Counted from the first letter of the stretch, positions 29,548 to 40,087 are shown. The stretch: DNA of 64,000 bases from Patescibacteria group bacterium (GCA_038064675.1 JBBTSM010000005.1:4686-68685), one strand, 5' to 3'. Numbers and translations are program-made. Notes: generated by a model not told the origin, from the sequence alone.

Positions 29548-30933
29548 GTGAGCACCTCTTTTTCTCGTTTTATTGTCCGAGCAGGTCTCGTTGTTGTTCG
29601 CTTGCTTCTTGCGGCGAAGGCGATCCTTTTTCGTTTTGCGCGACTCCTTGTTGTTGCGGCGCGTCCACTAACAAAGGGCATCCTGTCGCTGATTTTCGTT
29701 CCGGTATACCGCGCAGGTTTTGCATCTCGTCGGCATATTGTGCACTGGTATCGGCCAGCAAAGAGCCGGTTTATGTTTTTTGTGACGAATCGCGCCATGA
29801 TGCATGTGGCGATTCTTAGTGTGGTTGGTGGAACGGTTGCAATCAATCTTGGTATGGACGCGGTGCGCGCCGAGACGCTCGATGCGTTCAATAAGAGTTT
29901 GGCGTATGCCGTCATTACCCAGGAGGAATCCCCGGTCGTTGAAGAATACGCCGATATGGACATAGCGGCCCTTCGAAGCGACGCGACGAGCTACCTTTCT
30001 GAAGGCTCACTTTCCCCTGTGCTTGGCGCTTCAGATGGTCAGGACTCCATGTTTGTAAATACAGCGTCGCTTGCGGGTGGCGGCGCGCTTGCGGTGCCGG
30101 TGCTTTCTGGTTCGAGCGCCAGTGTTGCGCCCCGTGATGGCATCGAGACATATGTTGTCGCTGAGGGCGACATGCTTTCGACTGTTGCTGCGCGATTTGG
30201 TATCTCTGTGAATACCGTGCTTTGGGCGAATAATTTAAGCGTGAAGAGCGTGCTGAAACCCGGGCAGTCGTTGACGATACTGCCGGCGTCTGGCGTAGTG
30301 CACACGGTGAAGAGTGGCGACACGCTCATCAAGATTGCGAGCACATACAATAGCGACGCGACGAATATTCTGAGTGTAAACAAGCTTGCCGATTCGAGCG
30401 CAATCACCGTCGGGCAAAAATTGATAATTCCCGGTGGCACGCCGCCAACACCAGCACCCGTGAAGCGCCCAACATCCGTTGCGTCTATTTTTTCTCCAGC
30501 ACCAAACAAGACTGGCACCGCAGTCTCAGGCAGCTCGCGTATGATTTGGCCTTCAGATGGCCATGGTATTGTTCGTGGTTTGAGTTGGTTCCACACCGGT
30601 GTCGACATTGATTGCAATGGACATGCAAACGGAACCTCGACCGATGATAACTATGCTGCGGCCGACGGTATTGTGACGTTTGCTGGGCCGCGCTTTAGTG
30701 GGTATGCCGGTGGCTACGGAAACCTCGTGATCATCGATCATGGCAATGGTCTTTCAACGCGATACGGTCACAACTACTCGATCTACGTGAAGTCTGGGCA
30801 GCAGGTTACCGCAGGGACTCCAATTGCTCGCTGTGGATCGACGGGAAATTCGTCGGGAACGCATTTGCACTTTGAAGTTATTGGCTCAAACGGATCAAAG
30901 GATTACCGCAATCCATTAGAATACATCCGCTAA
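29548..30933 (+). CDS. LysM-domain M23 peptidase
   Basis: Two LysM repeats; HTGVD, YGH, GSTGNSSGTHLHFEV. Confidence 0.92.
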   Translation: MSTSFSRFIVRAGLVVVRLLLAAKAILFRFARLLVVAARPLTKGILSLIFVPVYRAGFASRRHIVHWYRPAKSRFMFFVTNRAMMHVAILSVVGGTVAINLGMDAVRAETLDAFNKSLAYAVITQEESPVVEEYADMDIAALRSDATSYLSEGSLSPVLGASDGQDSMFVNTASLAGGGALAVPVLSGSSASVAPRDGIETYVVAEGDMLSTVAARFGISVNTVLWANNLSVKSVLKPGQSLTILPASGVVHTVKSGDTLIKIASTYNSDATNILSVNKLADSSAITVGQKLIIPGGTPPTPAPVKRPTSVASIFSPAPNKTGTAVSGSSRMIWPSDGHGIVRGLSWFHTGVDIDCNGHANGTSTDDNYAAADGIVTFAGPRFSGYAGGYGNLVIIDHGNGLSTRYGHNYSIYVKSGQQVTAGTPIARCGSTGNSSGTHLHFEVIGSNGSKDYRNPLEYIR

Positions 30934-32456
30934 GCATTTCGGATGCGATACTGTAGCGCCTCGGCAAGATGTGCGGCGGATATCGTTTCTTCCCGTGCGA
31001 GATCAGCGATCGTGCGTGCAACTTTGAGAATTCGTCCGTATGACCGAGCAGACATATGGAGCCGATCAACTGCGGATTTTAGGAGCGCTACGCCGTCGTT
31101 TGTGAGTGTGCACCATTTTTTCATGAGCGACGGTTTAAGTTCCGCGTTCGTGAATATGCCGAACGATGCATAGCGTTCTTGTGTAAGATTTCGTACAGCA
31201 GTCACTCGTTCGCGGATGGCGGTAGACGATTCGCTCGGCGTGGCAGAAGAGAGATCATCGAAGGCGACGCGTGGGACTTCAACCCGAAGATCGATTCTGT
31301 CCAGGAGCGGCCCGGAGATTTTTTGTTGATACTTGAGAATGTTTCCCGGCGTACACGTGCATGCGATACCCGGATCGCTAATAAATCCACACGGGCAGGG
31401 GTTCATCGACGCAACGAGCATGAATCGTGCGGGGAACGTGACACTTCCAGATGCTCGAGACACGGCGATAGTGCCATCTTCGAGCGGTTGGCGAAGATTT
31501 TCGAGGACCGCTCGTGAAAATTCTGGGAATTCGTCCAGAAAGAGCACGCCACGATGGGCAAGAGAAATTTCTCCAGGCCGCGGTTGCGTGCCACCGCCAA
31601 CGAGCGCAATGCCACTGCTAGTGTGGTGCGGTGCTCGGAACGGGCGAACGGTGATGCGGCGGCCGTGAAGAAGTCCCGCGATGGAATGGATGGACGTGAT
31701 CTCGATCGACTCATCGACTGTTGGTGGCGGGAGAAGCGTCGCGAACGCGCGAGCGAGCATGGTTTTTCCGCTTCCCGGCGGGCCAGAAAGGAGAATATTG
31801 TGTCCGCCGGCTGCAGCGATTTCTAATGCGCGTTTTGCGTGGAGCTGCCCAGCGATGAGCGCGAAATCGTCACCATGATCGGTTGAGGGCGAAGTTGAGG
31901 GTGTTTCGATTTCGGCAGGCGCGAGCAACGGTCGCCACTTCCCTGTTTCAATCTGATCAATGCAGTCTTTTAACGATCGTGCGGACGACACATGAAGCGG
32001 TTCAACGAGCCGTGCCTCGTTGATGTTCTCCTCCGCGACAAGCACGCCGGAATACCCTTCTCGTTTTGCCATGCTCGACGCCAGAAGCACGCCACGAGCA
32101 GGCCGAATGGTTCCATCCAGACTTAGCTCGCCGATGACGACGGTGCGTTCAAGGAGTTTTGAGTCAACAATTGTTCCTTGTGCGCCCAGGATCGCAAGCG
32201 CGATGGCGAGGTCGTAGAGCGGGCCTTGTTTGCGCGTATCTGCTGGTGCGAGGTTGATGGTGACGTTTGTGCGAGGAAACGGGAACCCTGAATTTTTAAT
32301 TGCTGCACGAACACGATCTTTTGCTTCGCTTACTGCGGCATCGGGGAGGCCGACGATTTGGAAACGAGGAAGTCCAGATGAAACATCTGCCTCAACTGTG
32401 ACGGGGGTTGCAGACAAACCGAATAACGCTGCGGAACATACGCGAAATGACGCCAT
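30930..32456 (-). CDS. comM: YifB/ComM Mg-chelatase-like AAA+ ATPase
   Basis: IVGLPD, GPPGSGKTMLA, RPFRAPHH, PGEISLAHRGVLFLDE, MNPCPCG. Confidence 0.95.
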   Translation of the reverse strand: MASFRVCSAALFGLSATPVTVEADVSSGLPRFQIVGLPDAAVSEAKDRVRAAIKNSGFPFPRTNVTINLAPADTRKQGPLYDLAIALAILGAQGTIVDSKLLERTVVIGELSLDGTIRPARGVLLASSMAKREGYSGVLVAEENINEARLVEPLHVSSARSLKDCIDQIETGKWRPLLAPAEIETPSTSPSTDHGDDFALIAGQLHAKRALEIAAAGGHNILLSGPPGSGKTMLARAFATLLPPPTVDESIEITSIHSIAGLLHGRRITVRPFRAPHHTSSGIALVGGGTQPRPGEISLAHRGVLFLDEFPEFSRAVLENLRQPLEDGTIAVSRASGSVTFPARFMLVASMNPCPCGFISDPGIACTCTPGNILKYQQKISGPLLDRIDLRVEVPRVAFDDLSSATPSESSTAIRERVTAVRNLTQERYASFGIFTNAELKPSLMKKWCTLTNDGVALLKSAVDRLHMSARSYGRILKVARTIADLAREETISAAHLAEALQYRIRNA

Positions 32457-32937
32457 ACTTTGGCGGGGACGGCTGAATAAAGTTGCGCAGCGCGTGGGGA
32501 TTGTGTCGAGTGTACCAAAAGATACTCGCGACGCCTAGGACGATAAGCACATCGGATCCGTTAATGATCGATGTGCTGAAGAACATGAGATAGTCCGTTG
32601 TGAATCCGTGGACGATGCGATCGACAAGGTTATTTGTTGCGCCGGCGATGACAGCAATCGCGCTGAGTGTCACGGCGGAATCGGACGAATACGACGCCGA
32701 TGCGCGATCGATGAGAAAGAGAAGAATGCCGACGGTCACGAACGCGACGATGGAGATCGGAACCGGAATATCAAACGTTATTCCGGGATTACGGTGAAGA
32801 AAGAAGTCGACGAATGGGATGATGTGCGTTGAATGACCATCCATGAATCGCTCGATTGCGAATGTCTTCGTCGCCCAATCGATTAGGCTCAAAGCGAGGA
32901 TTCCGATCGTCCCGACGATAAAAATTCCCTTTCGCAT
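32392..32937 (-). CDS. lspA: Lipoprotein signal peptidase II
   Basis: DWATK, NPGITF, NLVDRIVHGFTTDY, NGSD; 3' end overlaps comM start. Confidence 0.8.
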   Translation of the reverse strand: MRKGIFIVGTIGILALSLIDWATKTFAIERFMDGHSTHIIPFVDFFLHRNPGITFDIPVPISIVAFVTVGILLFLIDRASASYSSDSAVTLSAIAVIAGATNNLVDRIVHGFTTDYLMFFSTSIINGSDVLIVLGVASIFWYTRHNPHALRNFIQPSPPKYGVISRMFRSVIRFVCNPRHS

Positions 32938-32972
32938 AAAACCAAACATCGAGCCGAAGCTCGATGTGGATG

Positions 32973-33341
32973 TTACATTTCTTGGGTAAGCGTCTTTTTG
33001 CAGGCAACGCACGATGTGGACGTGGGGCGAACTTGGAGGCGTGCCTCGTCGATAAGCTGTTTGCAATACTTACATGTGCCGTATGTTTCTGCAGCGATTG
33101 CCTTCAATGCGCTGTCGATGTCGCGAAGTGCGGAAGAGAGCTCATTCTCCAGGGAAAGATTGTCGCCAATTTCTGCAGCCTTATCGGCGCTTTCGTCTTC
33201 CTTGTCGCCAAGGGTGTTGTAGTCGGCATCAAAAGCGTCGCCTGCAGCAACATGTGGTGAAACACGAACAAGTTCAGCAACGAGCTTTTCGCGCTCGGCG
33301 CGAAGGCGGGCTTCCATTTCTGCGAGGAATGCTTTTTTCAT
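32973..33341 (-). CDS. TraR/DksA C4-type zinc-finger protein
   Basis: DESAD coiled-coil tip, IDSAL, YGTCKYC...IDEARL...CVAC. Confidence 0.9.
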   Translation of the reverse strand: MKKAFLAEMEARLRAEREKLVAELVRVSPHVAAGDAFDADYNTLGDKEDESADKAAEIGDNLSLENELSSALRDIDSALKAIAAETYGTCKYCKQLIDEARLQVRPTSTSCVACKKTLTQEM

Positions 33342-33421
33342 ACAGATATTGGTCAGAGAGCGAAACGTAAGGCTCTCGCTAGGTTTCATTGAGGATAGAG
33401 AAAGAGACGAGAAATAGCAAG

Positions 33422-33674
33422 AGGGCGTCTTTCGGGCTGTGAACAGTGCGACAAGGCAGAGTTTCGTCCCGGGCGCGCCCTCAAGAGAACGGACCATCGA
33501 GATTCAGCCTACAGTGGGGCATTGGATTCTTGCGGCCACACCAGAAGGTGATCGCTAGAACTCAATACCACACGGACATTATGCGATGGGTGTTCCAATA
33601 TACGAATCTGCTCTACTGGTGTGTGGGCTGGCATGGTTTCAGCGTACATTCCTGTTTCAATCCATGGGCGCCCT
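33422..33674 (-). ncRNA. Candidate large structured RNA, raiA-motif-like
   Basis: Closing stem AGGGCG/CGCCCT; inner stem CACACCAG/CTGGTGTG; segments GGATTGAAA, ATGCCAGC, GGTGTGGC, CCGGGACGAAAC, AAAGAC in the order recalled for raiA RNA; no convincing ORF. Confidence 0.55.
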
Positions 33675-33797
33675 AATGCTTTTGCACTCCGTACAGCAGT
33701 GAGGTGTTTTTCGAAACGAGTTTGTGGGGGTTTCGGGAAACGACCTCCCAAGTGGCAAAGGAATTGTAGAAGGAACTATGAAAACTATATCACGAAA

Positions 33798-35033
33798 TTA
33801 TTCATCGATGCAGATACGCGTTGTTGAAAGTGTACTTGCGACTTCGCTTGCGCGCCACAAAAGGTTTGAAAGTGACGATGTTTGATAGAACGTGTTGGAT
33901 TCCATCGACGAGAATAGTTTTTTTGGTTGCGCAAATGCGATTGTGTCAGAAAGGCACGAGGCTTCGCGAGCGTGTGGTGTATTGGTATCTTGAACGTGAT
34001 TGCTTACCGTGAGGAGCGTTGGTATCTGTGTGATGTATATTGTGCCATACGACGATGTTGCGGTGACAAACCGATACGGTGCGTCATCTCGTACCAAAAC
34101 GCTTGCCTCTTCTCGAGACCGAAGCGTGGTTGTTCTGCTCCCGTCGTCCAGGAATGTAGTAATACCATCAATCGTTGGAACCTCCACAAGCTCTTTTGCT
34201 ATGTGTGTTAAAGAATCCTCGTTTGCGAAGAGCTGTGTTTCAGCGGTGAGCGGAAGTGCGAGAGTGTAGGAGGCTATATCGCCATTCAGGCTGATATGCG
34301 CAGAGACGCCATTTTGTGCGGCAAGCAGGAAAAGCGAAGAAAACCCCGGGGTATTTTGCGTAAAGGCTCGCGGTAGAAGTGCGGAAATATCCGCGGCAGG
34401 AATGTCTACAGCAAGAACCGTATTCGCGGTGACGGGTTCATCGATATTTGGCGCAGCAAGGAACGCTGTTCCGCGAAGAGTGATTTTTCCTGGCTCGATC
34501 GATATGTCTGTTCTGCGATCGTTTAGGGTTAGAACGGCAGAATTCCCAGAAAGTAGTGCCGGGAAAATGTTTTGAAAAACGCTTTGGCTAACTGGAGTTG
34601 CGGTGAGCCGGTCCGAAATAATCGTTAGACCGTTTTCTCGAGAGACGCCTGCACCGAACGATGCTATTGCTGTTGCTTCGGAATCGCTGAACTCGCGATC
34701 GAGTATCAGTGTGACACCCCCATCGGGAGCAAACCACACATTCAATGTTCGGTTCGTGCTGTTCAGTGCATCGGCGAGCGAGAGCGGAACGCCGGGGACG
34801 ACGTTCATTCCTTTTGTGAGTGATCGAAGATTGGCGATGGTGCTGTCGTTACGTGGAATACGTATTGCAACGGCATCGGCCGGCGGAATAACCGAGCTGA
34901 ACTCGAATGCAATCCGATGAATCCCAGTAACAATACTCCACGCTCCGAAAATGATCCCAACAACGCGCAACACCCGCCAGAATTTCTGGCGGGTGGGGTT
35001 GGCACTCATGGGAATGTTGAGCGCAAGTTCCAT
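33798..35033 (-). CDS. Membrane-anchored hypothetical protein
   Basis: 411-aa ORF with one N-terminal TM helix; abuts pnp stop. Confidence 0.75.
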   Translation of the reverse strand: MELALNIPMSANPTRQKFWRVLRVVGIIFGAWSIVTGIHRIAFEFSSVIPPADAVAIRIPRNDSTIANLRSLTKGMNVVPGVPLSLADALNSTNRTLNVWFAPDGGVTLILDREFSDSEATAIASFGAGVSRENGLTIISDRLTATPVSQSVFQNIFPALLSGNSAVLTLNDRRTDISIEPGKITLRGTAFLAAPNIDEPVTANTVLAVDIPAADISALLPRAFTQNTPGFSSLFLLAAQNGVSAHISLNGDIASYTLALPLTAETQLFANEDSLTHIAKELVEVPTIDGITTFLDDGSRTTTLRSREEASVLVRDDAPYRFVTATSSYGTIYITQIPTLLTVSNHVQDTNTPHAREASCLSDTIAFAQPKKLFSSMESNTFYQTSSLSNLLWRASEVASTLSTTRICIDE

Positions 35034-35035
35034 GA

Positions 35036-37225
35036 CTAGTGGCTACGTGGCTTCGGTGCAGAGGTGGATGCCTTTGCGCGCATTTCGTCAGTATACACGT
35101 TGCCTTCCGCCTTTTTCATGGAGAGGTTGATGCGGCCCTTTTCATCGATTTCATTCACGACGACCTTCACCTTATCGCCAACATTCACAATATCGGTGAC
35201 TTTTTCTACGCGCCACGGCGCAAGTTCGGATACGTGTACCATACCGTCTTTTCCTGGGAGAATTTGGATGAATGCACCGAAGTCCATCAGGCGAACGACT
35301 TCCCCATCGAATGTTTCGCCAACTTTTACTTCGCGAGTGAGGTTTGACACCCAATCAAATGCTGCCTTTCCGCTTTCGCCGTTCACGGCAGTGATCATCA
35401 CAAGGCCGTCGTCTTCAATATCGATTGCGGTAACACCGGTTTTCGCGATAATTTCGTTGATGGTTTTTCCTCCGCTACCAATGACAACGCGGATGAGATC
35501 TGGATTGATACGAAGTTTCAAGATGCGTGGAGCGGTTGGGGAAAGCTCGGCACGCGGAGCGGCGATTGCGCTCTTCATGACATCGAGAATCTGTAATCGT
35601 GCCACACGAGCACCGGTAATCGCTTCAACAACAACTTCGCGTGGAAGCCCGTCGGTTTTCGTGTCGAGCTGAATGGCGGTGATTCCCTTCTCGGTTCCGG
35701 TCACCTTGAAGTCCATGCCACCTTCGCCATCTTCAAGGTCTTGAAGATCAGTAATTACGCGATATCGCTTGCCGTCGCTTGCAAGGCCCATGGCTACGCC
35801 AGCAACTGGTGCAGTAATCGGAACTCCGGCATCCATAAGTGCCAAGCTTGTTCCACACGTTGAGCCCATAGAGCTCGATCCGTTCGATCCGAGGACTTCG
35901 GACACGACGCGAATGGAATATGGAAAGTCTTCAAGCTTTGGAAGAACTGGCTCAATGGCCTTTTCAGCGAGTGCGCCATGACCAATCTCGCGACGACCGG
36001 CGCCACGGAGCGGCTTTGCTTCGCCAACCGAGAACGGTGGGAAGTTGTAGTGATGCATGAAGCTCTTTTCGCCTACCAACTCCATGCCGTCGAGCGTTTG
36101 CTTGTCGCCAGGAGCGCCGAGTGTGGTGATTGAGAGCACCTGTGTTTCACCGCGCATGAAGTGACCACTTCCATGAACACATGGAAGAACGCCAACCTCG
36201 GAAACGATCGTACGCACTTCGTTGATTGCGCGACCGTCCACGCGCTTGCCGTCGTCGAGGATTAATCGGGTAATTTCAGAATCGATAAATGGATATAGTG
36301 CAGACTTCGCGATCGCGATATCGGCATCTTCCATCCCTTCTGCTTTACACGTCTCAACTAAGCGCTTCTTCATCGTATCTTTTGCAACCGCGCGCTCGGT
36401 CTTTGTTGCCTTCGGAGCGTCGAGGAACAGTTCCTGCATCAATGGCTTCATGATGGCATTTACACGAGCAGTGATCTCTGTTTTTCGTGCAACTGCGGCG
36501 CGCTGCTCGTCGTTCTTTGGGGTGAAGAGATCTATCTTTGTCTTTCCAACTTCGGAACGAATCTTTTCGATGAATGCGATAACTGGACCAAGAGACTCCT
36601 GGCCGAATTGAATTGCAGCAAGAACATCTGCTTCTGGCGTTTGCATTGCGTTTGCTTCCATCATGATGAGCTTCTCTGGTGTTCCGGCAACATCGATATC
36701 GAAGTTTGCGGTTTCGCGCTGTGCGTATGTTCCGTTGATGATGAGCTTGCCCTCAACATCGTTTACGCGAGCTGAAGCGATCGGACCGTTCCATGGAATG
36801 TCAGAAATGTGCAGCGCGAGCGAAGCGCCGATGAGCGCTGGAATGTCGGCGTCATTCTCGCCGTCGAATGCGAGGACAGAGAGAATCACCTGAACGTCGT
36901 TCTCAATGCGGGCATCAAACAAGGGGCGAATCGCACGGTCGATGAAGCGCGCAACAAGTACAGCTTCGTCGGTTGGGCGACCTTCGCGTTTGATGAAGCG
37001 CGATCCTTTAATGCGACCGGCGGCGTAGAGCTTCTCTTCAAAGTCCACCATGAGCGGGAAATACCCCATTCCTGGACGAGCTTCTTTGCTCATGACTGCC
37101 GTTGCGAGTACCACGGTGTTTCCGTATTGCACGGTACAGCTTCCGTTTGCAGCCTTTGCGTACTTCCCGACCTGAACCTTGAGTGTCTTTCCTCCAATTT
37201 CCATCTGAAATGTTGGCGTTTCCAT
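35036..37225 (-). CDS. pnp: Polyribonucleotide nucleotidyltransferase
   Basis: RFIKREGRP, RVDGR, FMHHYNFPPFSVGE, RREIGHG, SNGSSSM, KH and S1 domains. Confidence 0.98.
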   Translation of the reverse strand: METPTFQMEIGGKTLKVQVGKYAKAANGSCTVQYGNTVVLATAVMSKEARPGMGYFPLMVDFEEKLYAAGRIKGSRFIKREGRPTDEAVLVARFIDRAIRPLFDARIENDVQVILSVLAFDGENDADIPALIGASLALHISDIPWNGPIASARVNDVEGKLIINGTYAQRETANFDIDVAGTPEKLIMMEANAMQTPEADVLAAIQFGQESLGPVIAFIEKIRSEVGKTKIDLFTPKNDEQRAAVARKTEITARVNAIMKPLMQELFLDAPKATKTERAVAKDTMKKRLVETCKAEGMEDADIAIAKSALYPFIDSEITRLILDDGKRVDGRAINEVRTIVSEVGVLPCVHGSGHFMRGETQVLSITTLGAPGDKQTLDGMELVGEKSFMHHYNFPPFSVGEAKPLRGAGRREIGHGALAEKAIEPVLPKLEDFPYSIRVVSEVLGSNGSSSMGSTCGTSLALMDAGVPITAPVAGVAMGLASDGKRYRVITDLQDLEDGEGGMDFKVTGTEKGITAIQLDTKTDGLPREVVVEAITGARVARLQILDVMKSAIAAPRAELSPTAPRILKLRINPDLIRVVIGSGGKTINEIIAKTGVTAIDIEDDGLVMITAVNGESGKAAFDWVSNLTREVKVGETFDGEVVRLMDFGAFIQILPGKDGMVHVSELAPWRVEKVTDIVNVGDKVKVVVNEIDEKGRINLSMKKAEGNVYTDEMRAKASTSAPKPRSH

Positions 37226-37329
37226 AGTGATGATTGTGAGTACAGCACAAGACAAAAGGACTCGATCGCGCCGTGGCGATGAAGTGCTCGATGTCCGATG
37301 CTGAGACTCGATTATGAATGAGTGATGTT

Positions 37330-37357
37330 TGCGGTCGAGAGGTTTTTCTCGACCGCA
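37330..37357. terminator. Hairpin between NYN gene and pnp
   Basis: tgcggtcgaga-ggtttt-tctcgaccgca. Confidence 0.55.
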
Positions 37358-37361
37358 TCGA

Positions 37362-38165
37362 CTACGCATTCATCGGAAGCTGTGGGACGTTTGGATTTTG
37401 ACGTGGCTTGCGTGGACGACCGCGGCCTTGTGGTTTGTTCTGTGCGGGAGCTTCCGGTTTCTTATTGAAACGGATTGGAGCAATCGGGACTGCTGCGATT
37501 GGTGGGGCGGTGAGGATGTTTGTTTGTTTTGGATTCACGCGTTCAGCCAGTTCTTTTTTTGGTACTTCGATTGCTTTGTTTGCAACCTGCTCGGCGATGA
37601 CATCATCGAAGGTGTCAGTGGACGACGATAGGTGATGCTGTGGTGGTCGGTGACCGTTTGCGCTGCCGATAAGGAACGCTTTCTTGTCTTGCGAAAGATT
37701 TGTGTAGATGTCGGCGACTTCGACGAGTTTGCTTGATGTGGATTCGCGGAAGGATACGACGTGGAAAATACGGCCGCGGCTTTTCACGTAATCAGCAAGC
37801 GCGCAGTAGTCACCGTCGCCAGAAACCATCACCACAACGTCTACCATGTCGAGCATACGAACGACGTCGATTGTGATACCAACGTCCCAGTCTCCCTTTT
37901 TGTGTCCGCTATCGTACTCAAGAAGTTCTTTGGTGTTGAGTTCGATGCCCATTGCCTGAAGGGCTTCGAAGAATGGCCGTTCTTCACCGGTTTTGGTCGA
38001 GATGGTGTACGCAATAGCGCGAATAAGTTTCTGATTGCCAACTGCGGCCTTCACAATGGCACCAAAGTTTACTTTCGCACCGTAAATGTTGCGCGCACTG
38101 TAGTACATGTTCTGAACGTCGATGAAAACGCCGACGCGGCGGGTGGATGTGTCGATAAGAGCCAT
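37362..38165 (-). CDS. NYN domain (LabA/DUF88) protein
   Basis: VFIDVQNMY, KGDWDVGITID, SGDGDY. Confidence 0.9.
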   Translation of the reverse strand: MALIDTSTRRVGVFIDVQNMYYSARNIYGAKVNFGAIVKAAVGNQKLIRAIAYTISTKTGEERPFFEALQAMGIELNTKELLEYDSGHKKGDWDVGITIDVVRMLDMVDVVVMVSGDGDYCALADYVKSRGRIFHVVSFRESTSSKLVEVADIYTNLSQDKKAFLIGSANGHRPPQHHLSSSTDTFDDVIAEQVANKAIEVPKKELAERVNPKQTNILTAPPIAAVPIAPIRFNKKPEAPAQNKPQGRGRPRKPRQNPNVPQLPMNA

Positions 38166-38257
38166 AGTGATATGCGGCGGAAAAATGGGCCGCGGATAAA
38201 TAGTGAAAATCCCACGCCTCAGCATCGTATCACGATGCGAGAACGTGGGATGTTGTG

Positions 38258-38524
38258 TTACTTCTTCAAACCGAGCGCTTCGATGAGTTCTGCGTACGCT
38301 GTAGCGTTTTCGCGCTCCAAGTACTTCAGCAAACGTCGGCGTTCTGCAACCTTCTTCACCAAACCGCGGCGGGAACTAAAGTCCTTGCGGTGGGTTTTGA
38401 GGTGCTTGGTAAGCTCCTTCACTTCGGCAGACAAAATGGCGATCTGCACCTGTGGGGAACCCGTGTCCGAATCGTGTGTTCGGAACTTTTTAATGAGCTT
38501 TTCCTTGGTGGCCTTGTCCAGCAT
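38258..38524 (-). CDS. rpsO: 30S ribosomal protein S15
   Basis: DTGSPQVQIAIL, HRKDFSSRRGL. Confidence 0.98.
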   Translation of the reverse strand: MLDKATKEKLIKKFRTHDSDTGSPQVQIAILSAEVKELTKHLKTHRKDFSSRRGLVKKVAERRRLLKYLERENATAYAELIEALGLKK

Positions 38525-38907
38525 AGTCTTGAAAAATTTAGCCGATTATCGGAGTAACGGGAGCTGAACCCCGAAACCACGAAAAACGGAGGATATTAAC
38601 GGGGAGAAGCGTACCTGAAGTAAGGGGAAAAGGCAAGATTTTGATAAAAAGACACGCGCCCGGACTCTTCACAAAGGAAGTGTTCGAGCGCGGCAGCCTT
38701 TCGTGTTCATCCTGTCGCGACCGTGAGACGGCAGGGCGGTCGGAAATTCGACAAACGCCGAATAATCGTGTAACCGACGGAAAATCGTACAGAATTTCAG
38801 AATTCTTGTCCAGTGTTTCATAAAATGAGAAGCGCGTCCGGACCGTGAGGCCCAGGACGGCTTCGAACGGTTCGGACGCGCGCAGAGTGCGTCAAGGAGA
38901 TGAGAAG

Positions 38908-39015
38908 TCACTCGCAATGCAAGAGATGGACGATTCCGTAGGCTGTGAGGACGCCTACGACGGTAGCGAGACCGAGCATGAGTCCGATGATGAGGGCCTC
39001 GATCGTTCTTTTCAT
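38908..39015 (-). CDS. 35-aa single-TM small protein
   Basis: AAGGAAGGAAAC-ATG; MKRTIEALIIGLMLGLATVVGVLTAYGIVHLLHCE; below ORF-track cutoff. Confidence 0.55.
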   Translation of the reverse strand: MKRTIEALIIGLMLGLATVVGVLTAYGIVHLLHCE

Positions 39016-39160
39016 GTTTCCTTCCTTGATTGCTCTGGTATTTAAGCTCATTTTTCATAATTTGTCCATCATTAACACCATTTAAAATAGTGGTCATCTA
39101 GCGGACCTAGAGAAGTCTCTTGACGTAATGTGTCGCAAAAATTTGGTATGATGGCGAAAT

Positions 39161-40087
39161 ATGGCAAAGGCGCTGAAGGATTTGATGAGGGAATTTTGTG
39201 AGTATCTCGAAATCGAGCGAGGAAGAAGTGATAAAACGACGAAGAATTATGCGTTTTATCTCCATCGGTTTGCGGAATGGGCGAAATGGCCGAATCCGGG
39301 GGAGATTGAGCTGGAAATGGTACGAAAGTATCGTTTGTATTTGAATCGAGAAATTGCGGGGCGCGACGAAGAGTCGTTGCAGAAGAACACGCAAAACTAT
39401 CACCTCATCGCGTTGCGGGCATTTTTGAAATACTTAGCGAAGCGCGATATTAAGACGCTGTCTGCCGATAAGATCGAGCTCGCAAAACAAGGCTCGCGGC
39501 ATGTGACATTCCTTGAACCAGAAGAGCTGACTCGATTTTTAACCGGACCCGATGGCGACGACTCATTGGTGGGGCTTCGCGACAAGGCAATTCTTGAACT
39601 CCTGTTTTCGACCGGACTTCGAGTCTCCGAGTGTGCCGGACTCCGAATCGACCAGGTGAATTTGAAGCGAGAGGAGTTCACGGTGAAGGGAAAAGGGAGC
39701 AAGCATCGTGTAGTTTTTCTCGCCGACGACGCGAAGCGCGCGCTGAAGGCGTATCTCGAACGTCGTCGCGACGTTTCCGATTATCTTTTCGTTCGTCACG
39801 ACCGTGCTCGTCACAACGTCGAATCCCCCGCCCCGCTTACACCGCGCTCCGTTCAGCGCATCGTCGATCGTTACGCCCGTCTCGCCGGCATCACAAAGGC
39901 CGTTACTCCCCACACGCTTCGTCATACATTCGCGACCGATCTTCTTCGCAACGGCGCAGACATCCGATCGGTCCAATCACTCCTCGGGCACGAATCCATC
40001 ACAACGACGCAGGTGTATACGCACATTACTGATAAAGAATTGAAGCGCGTGTATTCAAAGTTTCATGGGAAACAGAACGTGAATTGA
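39161..40087 (+). CDS. XerC/XerD-like tyrosine recombinase
   Basis: STGLRVSE, GKGSKHR, TPHTLRHTFAT, LLGH, TTQVYTH. Confidence 0.93.
   Translation: MAKALKDLMREFCEYLEIERGRSDKTTKNYAFYLHRFAEWAKWPNPGEIELEMVRKYRLYLNREIAGRDEESLQKNTQNYHLIALRAFLKYLAKRDIKTLSADKIELAKQGSRHVTFLEPEELTRFLTGPDGDDSLVGLRDKAILELLFSTGLRVSECAGLRIDQVNLKREEFTVKGKGSKHRVVFLADDAKRALKAYLERRRDVSDYLFVRHDRARHNVESPAPLTPRSVQRIVDRYARLAGITKAVTPHTLRHTFATDLLRNGADIRSVQSLLGHESITTTQVYTHITDKELKRVYSKFHGKQNVN

Noticed and set aside
33422-33760. RNase P RNA, tmRNA, or the 80-aa ORF 33509..33751
   Set aside because: No GAGGAAAGUCC/CGGCUUA P4 signature and no tRNA-like ends; the ORF has no recognisable features and overlaps the nested stems
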